Of a stretch of 64,000 nucleotides of DNA, positions 12,281 to 23,260 are shown in pieces. The stretch covers positions 5,208,001-5,272,000 of the forward strand of contig NC_043011.1 in the NCBI RefSeq assembly GCF_006345805.1, written 5' to 3'. The stretch comes from Octopus sinensis (Eukaryota). Every line of letters begins with the position of its first letter. Positions within the stretch are counted from its first letter, which is position 1. The notes below the pieces were generated by a model. It ran no database searches. It saw nothing but the letters and a program-made list of their open reading frames with translations, and had not been told where the DNA came from. Made by a program: the position numbers and the translations under genes.

Positions 12281-14470
12281 AAAAACACCATACTGGTATC
12301 CTTCGATGTAGTCAACCTCTACTCCAATATCCCCCACAACCTAGGACTAGAGGCAATCCAATTCTGGCTAGAGAATCACGCCAACGAACTACCACACCGC
12401 ATCAAAAGAGATTTGTGATAGAAGGGGTCAAATTCATCCTGGAAAATAACTTCTTCGCCTTCAATGACAACTTCTACCGACAAAAATCGGGGACTGCGAT
12501 GGGTACACGAATGGCCCCCCCTTGCCAACCTAGTCATAGGATACCTAGAGATCAGTCTGTATCGTAAGGTTCTAGAAAGATATGGCAGCCCTTTCTCCAT
12601 CTACATAGAAAACAACTGGAAGAGATATCTAGATGACTGTTTCATCCTTTGGCATAAAAATATAGAAAAAACTCATAGAATTCCAGAAAATTTTAAACGG
12701 ACTGGACGTAAACATCCAATTCACGATGGAATATAGCCAACAACAACTCTCCTTCCTCGATATCCTCATTAAGAAAGCTAATAATATAATAGAAACAGAC
12801 ATATACTATAAGCCTACAGACTCTAAGCAATATCTTCCATTCAATTCATGCCACCCAGACACACCAGGATGAATATCCCCTTCAATCTAGCAAAAAGGAT
12901 ATGCACTATAGTCTCTAACGCAAACACCAGAGACACACGACTACAAGAACTAAAAGATACCCTAATCACCAGGAACTATCCACCTTCACTTATTGACAAG
13001 TGCATTCAACGTGCCCTTCAACTTAACATCAAGGAACTGAGACATCCAAATCAAAGAAAAACTTACAACCAAAAGCCTTACCATACATCTCCACACACAA
13101 CCCTCTCAATAACGAAGCCTTCGACACCATCCTCCACAACATACCCCTCCTAAAAAAGACCACAGAATGAACACAATCCTCCAAACACACACGATCATAA
13201 AAAGCAAAAGACAGCCTAGATCCATGAAAAGTCTCCTTACACAAGCCCGAATTCACTCCTCAACACAGAAGCCGACAGTAAAAAAAATGTGGAAGACCCA
13301 ATTGCGGGATATGCGACTATCTAATTGAGGGATCAGAGTTCTCCTTCAAGCAGGGACAACGGTTTACAGTGAAAAGCAACTTCACATGTGCTTCGGAGAA
13401 CCTAATATACTCATAACCTGCTCCGGGTGTCAAGAGCAGTACATAGGCCAAACAAAAAATGGTTTGCGTAACGAATGGCCCTGCACAGATCCCAGATAAA
13501 AATTCCCCAAAACAGAAAAATAGCTTTAGCCAACACATAGATACTTGCGCCAACAAAAAAACACCAAACTTCAGAATTTTCCCCCTCTACTACCAATTTA
13601 GGACGATACAACCTCGAGACAACGAATAAGTAAAGAAAATCTCTTTATTACAAAATACAAGCCACTTCTAAACGGGTCTACGACAAACAATTAATATACC
13701 TCAACTTTAGAATAAAAGAAAAAAATATATATACACACACAAATATTACACTCCATAGAATCATTACTAATCAGCCCCTTCATAGCTATACTTACACCCA
13801 TTCATATTCCCTTCTCTGTTTTTTTCTTCTTCTTCTTCTCCTCTCTTCTTCATCATCATCATTATCTCATCATCGTCGTCTCATCACATCATCATCACCA
13901 CCTTCTCCTTCTCCTCCTTCTTCTTCATCATCATCATTATCATCATCATCGTCGTCATAATCATCACCACCACCACCATCATCGTCATCTTCTCCTTCTC
14001 CTTCTCCTTCTTCTTCTACTTCTCCACCCCCTACCCCTTAACTTTGTCACTAATGTTTTTTAGTATAACACCTACGCTAATTCTATAAACAAGCCTGTCA
14101 ATATAAATATTCTCCTGAATTGAACTGAGACTGCCAGCCGCCATGACCATTCAAAATACGACCATCAGGGCACTCCCAGATTCTCCCATCCCCCTTCCTC
14201 ACCAGCCTTTCCTCTACTACCCTTCCAAGAACTCACAACGACCTCCGACACACAAGTGCAAACAAGGGAGTCAGAGAAAGGCAGAATGCCACTTAAATCT
14301 GAACACTACTATAGAAATATTCTTTTAAAAAAACTTTTCTTCTAATTTTTCTAAATTTAATTATTTAATCGTTACAGTTGAAAAGGTCTCAAAATGACCG
14401 AAACCGGTACTGAAATGTTCACTATAAAATTATCTTAGCATTTTCTATTTTTGACTTGTTTTTTCATATA
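12278..14470 (+). mobile_element. Penelope-like element, 5'-truncated and frameshifted: RT + GIY-YIG + 3' UTR with hammerhead
   Basis: [31 protein letters not shown] (RT). CGICDYL..NFTCASENLIYLITCSGCQEQYIGQT (GIY-YIG). Flanked by (AT)n at both ends. Confidence 0.93.
14375..14412 (+). ncRNA. Minimal type I hammerhead, U3:A8 core variant, at the 3' end of a Penelope-like element
   Basis: CAG-TTGAAAA-GGTC-tcaaaat-GACC-GAAA-CCGG-TA-CTG. Confidence 0.78.
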
Positions 14471-14573
14471 TATATATATATATATTGATATAATTGATAA
14501 GACAACAAAAGAATGAAAGAGAACTCGATATGTAAATAGAGGAATTTATCCGTAAATGTAATTCGTATTAATT

Positions 14574-14716
14574 ATTCGGTAGCCATGATAAAACTCCAAG
14601 ATTCGGAGGTCGGGGTGGAAATCCACGCCGCCATCTCTTCAGTTTCCCGACCGAGATGGCGGCGTGGATTTCCACCCCGACCTCCGAATCTCGGAGTTTT
14701 ATCATGGCTACTGAAT
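14574..14716. repeat. 64-bp near-perfect inverted repeat with 15-nt spacer
   Basis: Arms 14574-14637 and 14653-14716 with 2 mismatches. Confidence 0.95.
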
Positions 14717-15369
14717 CATTGTCACATATTACATTTATAGATTATGTATGAAACACGCATTGAGTCGAAACAGGGGCAGCTGAAGAAGGGGAATGTTCCT
14801 TGTATTGTTTGTCTTGTACTCTGGGTTTTCGTTGTTAAAAAAAGTCCGTTTCCTTGTTTGATTTTATGTTTTCGTTTCTCGTTGTGTTCTACGTTCATTT
14901 GTGGTGTCCTGTACTCATAAGTGCATGTATATATACATATAGATGTAGGTATCTACATATATGTATGTATGTATGCATGATTTCCTTACACTCCCTTCCC
15001 CACAGCTTCACGAGGGAGGGAAGAAGGGGGAGAAGCAAACACAGGTGCAGGTGTGACCATGGACGCCAACTCCGCCGCCATCGACACACGAAAAATTATG
15101 CATTAAAATGGAATAAAAAATGATGTTAAATTATTTTTAAAATCGTAGACTCATATATATATACACACACACATATATATTCGTTTATCCCTTTATTGTT
15201 TTATTTGCTTCAGTCATTTGAATGTGGCCATACTGGAGCACCGTCTTTAGTTGAGAAAATTGACCCCGAGACATACTTTTGCCGAACCGCTAAATTATGG
15301 GGTCGTAAACACAACCAGCATTGGTTATCAAGCGATGTTTGAGTGGTGGACAAGTACAGACACAAACAT

Positions 15370-15411
<42 letters not shown>

Positions 15412-15619
15412 TCTATATTTAAGAGATGAGGTATTACGTGCATTATTTACAATTGACGGGTATTTGTTAATACAACGTTTTGGCTGATATATCCTCCAGC
15501 TTTCATTTCGAACCTGGGTTCTCATTCCTAAGGTATTTTTCAATGTTATTATTATCATTATTATTATTATTATTATTCAGGTCACTGGAATCGAACTCGG
15601 AATCTTGGGGATAGTGGCC

Positions 15620-16060
15620 CGCGCACTTAACCACTCCAATTATGGAGTGAATTTTAGGGCTTATAAATCTAATATTCTCCTATCCTTCCTTTATACTGGT
15701 TCCCATATGCTGTTCATATCTGCACTTGGTCTGCTTAAGAACTTGTATCCTAGCATATGTGCTGCTTCTTTTAGTTTTCGTATTTTCCAGTGGTGTTCGC
15801 TGTCTATTATTTTAACTTCATCCCACAGGGGGAGCTGGTCTCCATTTTTCCATACATGATCAGCTATACCTGATTTATCAATATCTCCTCGTGTCACAGC
15901 TTTGCAATGTTCCTCTACCCTTATTTTGAGGGGTGGCATGTTTCGCCTTTGTATAACCTACCACAGCTGCATGGGATGGAGTACACGCAGTCTTTGGTCA
16001 TATTCTCTTCTATTGGTGGTTTTACAAGAAATAATATTTGTCTCTTTTTATAGAAACAAA
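15620..16060 (-). mobile_element. Penelope-like GIY-YIG endonuclease fragment (second family)
   Basis: CVYSIPCSCGRLYKGET(fs)LKIRVEEH..KSGIADHVW..WDEVKIID..RKLKEA. Confidence 0.85.
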
Positions 16061-17485
16061 AGGGTTTATAGAACTGCAAAAGAAGTTCTCAAATGTAAAT
16101 GAGACTGTAGCAAGTAGCCATTTTAGCCATTTTGAAATACGGCGCCAATTGGCAATATGACGTAATGTCGTATTGCTGAAGAATTATTATTTTCGTTTTT
16201 TTCCACTGGTTAATATAACTGCTCATGTAAGGATTCTAAAAAGTTACGTAAAGAATATTTGTAATGATTTTCGATTCTTTAAAGTCAAGTTGAGCAGTTA
16301 TAAAAACCCTGGATTTGGGAAAAAACTTTAGTATTTGTTGGATGTAACGAAACTCCATGACACTCACTCCTTTGAGACATTGGTGATTTTTCATGCCATG
16401 TGCAAAGAAAATCACAAGTCTATTTTGAATTGTTGATTCATCTATTAGTTAGCTTTATGAATTAGCTAGTGAATATATATAGTCTTACTTCTACACGACG
16501 AAAATTATCTTTCCTTTCACATGTACATAATATAAAATGTTATATTTATATAATAAAACTAATTAAGAAAATGTTTCTCTTCACGTTTGTTTTTCAACTG
16601 AGTATAAATAAATATTCATTTCTGTAATCATTAAATTATATTTTCTTCTAGCGGTTAAATGAACACGAAGAAAATATACATACATGTCGTTAATATTCAT
16701 AGCGTTCCATAAGTATATTTCTCTAAGTGACGTTTTAATCATTATATACACCCTTACTTAAAAAGCCAAATAAAATAATCTATTTCCCAATAGAAAACAA
16801 TAAATAGCATTACATTACTGTAACAAAACTAGTTAGAGAATATACTGTAATAATATAACCTAAGAGAAAGCTCAAGGTAGCTTAATACCGCTATAAGACG
16901 AAGAAAGAAGTAACATTAGATTTGAGTCAAGGTCTTGATATGTAACACCAAACCGCAAACATTTAATCACATAGGAATATCGCCATGGTCCTTAAACTCA
17001 TGAAGAAATATATATACATAAAAACACAGAAGGTAAAAATATATATCCGAATCAAATACAAATAGAACGACCTATCAAAATATAAATAAAAACCCCAAAA
17101 ATTTCGTGAATTGCTTTACGCATTTTTAGTGGTTTTTATTTATCTGATATTCATGTGATTAAATGTTTGAGGTGTTACATATAAGGTCGTTGACTCAAAT
17201 CTATTTGTTTGTTCTGGCACGTGAAAATCATTCGAGCGAGATCGTTGGCAGTGCTGCTGCACTGGTTACCGTGTTGTTGGCACGTAAAAAAACCACTTGA
17301 GCGTGGCTGTTGCCTGCACCGCCTGACTGGCCCTCTCGGAGAAGTTGGCGTTAAGAAGGGCATCCAGTTGTAGAAATTCTGCCAGATCAGATTGGAGCCT
17401 GGTTCAGCCATCTGGTTCGCCAATCCTCAGTCAAATTGTCCAACCCATGCTAGCATGGAAAGCGGATGTTAAACGATGATGATGA

Positions 17486-17805
17486 TATATACATAATATA
17501 TATATACATATATATATATAATATATATGCATAATGTGTATAATATATATATATACATAATGTATATATATATAATATATATATATACATAATGTATATA
17601 TACATATAATATATATATATACATATAATATATATACATAATGTATATATATATATGTATATACATAATATATATATATACATATACATAATATATATAT
17701 ATACATATACATAATATATATATATAACATATACATAATATATATATATACATATACATAATATATATATATACATATACATAATATATATATTACATAT
17801 ACATA

Positions 17806-17836
<31 letters not shown>

Positions 17837-18108
17837 ATATATTATATATATATATATATATATTATATACATAATATATATATATATATATATACATAAT
17901 ATATATACATATACACATATATATATATACATATACATAATATATATATATACATATACATAATATACATATACATAATATATATATATACATATACATA
18001 ATATACATTACATAATATATATATATCAATACATAATATACATATACATAATATATATATATACATATACATAATATATATATATACATTATATATATAT
18101 ACATATAC

Positions 18109-18139
<31 letters not shown>

Positions 18140-18190
18140 CATATATATACATATACATAATATATATATACATATACATAATATATATAC

Positions 18191-18226
<36 letters not shown>

Positions 18227-18391
18227 GACATAATATATATATATATACATAATATAATATATACATATACATAATATATATATACATATACATAATATAT
18301 ATATATATATATACACATAATATATATATATATATATATACATATACATAATATACACCACAACATATATATATATATATACATAATATAT

Positions 18392-18430
<39 letters not shown>

Positions 18431-18594
18431 ATATATACACATAATAATATATATATATATTACATATACATAAATATACACATAATATATATATATATAC
18501 ATATACTATACATAATATACACATAATATATATATATATATACATATACATAATATATACACATAATATATATATATATATATACATATACATA

Positions 18595-18625
<31 letters not shown>

Positions 18626-18710
18626 TATATACATATACATAATATATATATATATTATATTATATATATATATATAATATATACATATACATAATATATA
18701 TATATATATC
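17486..18710. repeat. Compound (AT)n / TACATATACATAA microsatellite, continued at 25585-26200
   Basis: The same compound motif occurs on both sides of the RTE plus tandem array. Confidence 0.9.
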
Positions 18711-21700
18711 ATCATATCATCATCATCATTTAGCGTCCGTTTTCCATGCTAGCATGGGTTGGACGGTTCAACTGGGGTCTGGGGAGCCCGAAGGCTGCAC
18801 CAGGCCAGTCAGATCTGGCAGTGTTTCTACAGCTGGATGCCCTCCTAACGCCAACCACTCCGAGAGTGTAGTGGGTGATTTTATGTGCCACCGACACAGG
18901 TGCCAGACGAGGCTGGCGAACGGCCACGCTCGGTGGTGTTTTTATGTGCCACCGACACAGGTGCCAGACGAGGCTGGCAGACGGCCACGCTCGGATGGTG
19001 TTTTTATGTGCCACCGACACAGGTGCCAGATGAGGCTGGCGGACGGCCACGATCGGATGGTGTTTGTTACGTCCCCAAAGCACGGAGGCCAGTCTATGCG
19101 GTACTGGCTACGGCCACGTTCGGATGATTTTCTTGTGTGCCACCGGCACTGGTACCACAAGATACAAATTCCATTTATGTTCATATTTTGATTTGTTTTG
19201 ATTTGATTTGATTTGATTTTCACTTGCCTCAACAGGTCTTCACAAGTGTCACAAGAAGGAAGGTATGCATAGGTGGACTGTCTACGTCGCCGGGTCTTCG
19301 GATGGTGTCTTTATGTGCCACCGACACAGGTGCCAGATGTGGCTGGCGAACGGCTACGATCGGATGGTTTTCTTGTGTGCACCGGTACTGGAACCACAAA
19401 GATACAAATTCCATTGATGTTCATCTATTTTGATTTGGTTTGATTGATTTCACTTGCCTCAACAGGTCTTCACAAGTGTCACGCGTGTCACACACTTGCC
19501 TCAACAGGTCTCCACAAGTGTCACACACTTGCCTCTGCCTCAACAGGTCTTCACAAGTGTCACACACTTGCCTCAACAGGTCTTCACAAGTGTCATAAGA
19601 GGGAAGGTATGCACAGGTGGACTGACTACGTCGCCGGGTCTTCGGATGGTGTCTTTATGTGCCACCGGCACAGGTGCCAGATGAGGCTGGCGAACGGCCA
19701 CGATCGGATGGTGTGTGTTGTGCCCACAGCACGGAGGCCAGTCGATGCGGTACTGGTTACGGCCACGTTTGGGTGGTTTTCTTGTGTGCCACCGGCACTG
19801 GTACCACAAAGAATACAATTCCACTGATGTTCATCTATTTTGATTTGTTTTGATTGATTTGATTTTCACTTGTCTCAACAGGTCTTCATAAGTGTCACAA
19901 GAAGGAAGGTATGCACAGGACTGACTACGTCCCCGGTCGGGGCCACGGGTTATGGCCTGACTAGTCTTGCCGGGTCTTCTCATGCACAGCATACTTCCAT
20001 AGGTCTCGGTCTCTAGACATTTCCTTAGTGAGACCTAAAGTTCGAAGGTCGTGCTTCACCACCTCGTCCCAGGTTTTCCTGGGTCTACCTCTTCCACAGG
20101 TTCCCTCCACTGCTAGGGTGTAGCACTTTTGCACACAACTATCTTCAGCCTTTCTTGTCACATGACCATACCAGCGCAGCCGTCTCTCTTGCACGCCACA
20201 ACTGACGCTTCTTAGGTTCAACTTTTCTCTCAAGAACTTACACTCTGACGATTATGAACACTGACATTACACATCCATCGGAGCATACTGGCTTCATTTC
20301 TTGCGAGCTTACGCATATCCTCAGCAGTCACGGCCCATGTTTCACTACCATGTAGCATGGCTGTACGTACACATGCATCATACAGTCTGCCTTTTACTCT
20401 GAGCGAGAGGCCTTTTGTCACCAGCAGGGGTAAGAGCTCTCTAAACTTTGCCCAGGCTATTCTTACTCTAGCAGTTACACTTTCAGCACACCCACCCCCG
20501 CTACTGACTTGGTCTCCTAGGTAGCGGAAGCTATCAACTACTTCTAGTTTGTCTCCCTGGAACGTGGCAGAAGTTGGTCTCTGCATATTTCCAGTGTTTA
20601 TTGCTCCTGAGCATTTGCCACAGACAAAAACTATTTTCCTAGTTAGCCTTCCTTTGACATTGCTGCACCTCTTATGTGTCCATAGCTTACACTTGGTGCA
20701 TCTTATAGAGTTTCTACCTACACCTTTTTTACAGATCGAGCAGGGCCATCTACCTGAAGGCGTTTGTGATTGATCTACCTTCCTACTTATTAGAACTTTG
20801 GTTTTGGCTAGGTTGATTCTAAGGCCCTTCGATTCTAATCCTTGTTTCCACACCTGAAACTTCTCCTCCAGTTCTGATAGTGACTCAGCAATTAGAGCAA
20901 GGTCATCAGCATAGAGGAGCTCCCAGGGGCAACCTGTCTTGAATTCCTCCGTTATTGCCTGGAGGACTATGATAAATAGGAGGGGACTGAGGACTGAACC
21001 TTGGTGGACCCCAACCTCTACCCGGAATTCTTCACTGTACTCGTTGCCAACCCTCACCTTACTAGCAGCGTCTCTGTACATGGCTTGCACAGCTCTCACC
21101 AACCATTCTTCTATCCCTAGTTTCCTCATTGACCACCAGATAAGGGACCGGGGGACCCTGTCAAAGGCTTTCTCCAAGTCAACAAAAGCCAGGTACAAGG
21201 GCTTATCTTTGGCTAGGTATTTCTCCTGCAGCTGTCTTACCAGGAATATAGCATCAGTAGTACTTTTCCCTGGCACGAACCCAAACTGCATATCATCTAA
21301 GGTAACTCTCTCTCTAATTAGTTGGGCTACAACCCTCTCCGTAACCTTCATTACCTGATCCAGCAGCTTGATGCCCCTGTAGTTATTTGTCTCTAGGGCG
21401 TCGCCTTTACCTTTGTAGCAGTTGACTATTATGCTGCTACACCAGTCATTGGGTATGACCCCCTCGTGTATCACCTGGTTAACTATACGGGTGACTAAGC
21501 TATAGCCGACACCACCAGATATTTTGAGCATCTCTGCAGTAATTCCTGATGGGCCTGGGGCTTTCCCTGTTTTCATGCTTCTAATTGCCTTATCTACTAA
21601 GGAACTGTTAACTCGGATTGCTGGTCCCTCTGTGGGTCGACATTCGGCAGACTCTCTTTATCCCATTCATTTTCCTCATTCAGCAACCTTCATAGTGGCG

Positions 21701-23260
21701 TCTCCAAGCTTCTCTCCTTGCATCCTCATTTAACGCAAGTGAACCATCCTCCATGCGAACACATTTCTCTCCTACCACGTCACGATTCTCTCTCACACAC
21801 TGTCTTGCAACACGAAATACCTCAAGTCTTTCATCCTCACGACGCAGGACATTGGCAAATTTTTCCTTATCTGCCTCCCCTCTGGCTAGATAGACCTGTC
21901 TCCTGGCTTCCCTTCTGGCAGACTGATACACTTCCCTGCTACCACCGTTCTTCCAGGCCTTCCAAGCCTGTTTCTTTTGTCTAATAGCCCTGTCAACAAT
22001 ATTGTTCCACCACCACGTTTTTTGGGTCTTAAGGGGACTTTGCACCAGCCACAGATCTGGTCAGCGGCTTTCAGCAGGTTGTCCCTCAGAAGCGTCCAGT
22101 TGTCTTCTACCCCATGCGTAGCTATACTCCCTTCCATTTCGTCTAAGGCTTCAAATAACATATCTCTAAATCTCTGTCCATTCGCAGGGTCTTTAAGCTT
22201 CCAGACCCTTCTTCTCCATGTTGGTCGTCTTCTAGTCGCCCTCTTGTCCTGATCCTAAAGTCACTAACTACCAGTCTATGTTGTGGGGTGCATTCTTCAC
22301 CTGGAAGGTTTTGGCATTTATAAGCAGCCATCTTTCCCTTTTTCTGGCAAGGATGTAGTCGATTTGGCTAGTGCTGGCCCGATCGGTAGGTGACCAGGTG
22401 GCTTGTCGGTTTCCTGAAGTTAGTGTTGCAAATCATAAGACTATTCGCATCGCAGAACTCCAGCAGCCTGGTTCCCTCCTCGTTGCGGGAACCATAACCG
22501 TAGCCTCCATGCACGCCATGGAAGCCCCCAGCACGTCGTCCAACATGCCCATTGAAGTCACCAGCCACAAGAGAAGGTCCCTGTCGTTCGTCAATGATGT
22601 GGTCTGCAGTAGGGTGTCATAGAAACAGTCTTTCTGTCCATCAGGTAGCCCTGGCTGAGGGGCATAGGCCGATATAATAGTTGCTAAACTATGGTGGAGC
22701 ACTAATCTAATCTTAATTATTCTGTCACTTACTCTGACTACCTCGATTACCTTATCTACCCATTTTTCGGCGATAAGCATGCCACACCCCCGACTCCGTC
22801 AGTATTCCCAGCCCAGAAAATCTTGTACCTCTGTCCTTTGCCTGTGAGGAACCTAGCAGAACCTCCTCTCCACCTCACTTCTTGAATGCAGCATACATCA
22901 ACCCACCTCCGTTCAAGCAATTCAACTATCTCGCCAGATCTGCCTTTCAGTGTGCCGACGTTGAGGGTGCCAACCCTGAGGCTGTGGGTGGGGGTGGAAG
23001 TGGTATTGGTCCTAATAGCGTCATGTACCTGAAAAGAAAACTCGCGTTTGGCAGTATTCATAGACAAACAATGGAACTTAAGTTCAAACCTCGTATACAA
23101 CACTAAACATATCTTGCAATGACTGACCACTACCTTTTATGGAAGGAGGTGGGGGTGGCGTAAGACTTTGAGTGTATAAGGGAGACAAGGATGAGAAAAA
23201 TTTAGGACTTCCTGTACCGGTGGTGGGGGTGGGAGGGCGGGTGCACCGCGAAAACCGGGC
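18710..23260 (-). mobile_element. Near-full-length RTE-clade LINE: APE endonuclease + RT with PHD-like insert, long modular 3' UTR, (ATG)n tail
   Basis: APE: VGTLNVGTL, CCIQEVRW, ISAYAPQ, AGDFNGHVG, QHRLVVSD. RT: FVDLEKAFDRVP, GVHQGSVLSP, LLYADD, FRYLG. C-terminal LRWYGHV..RGRPRKTW. ORF pieces are in shifted frames from 23130 to 19961. Confidence 0.96.
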
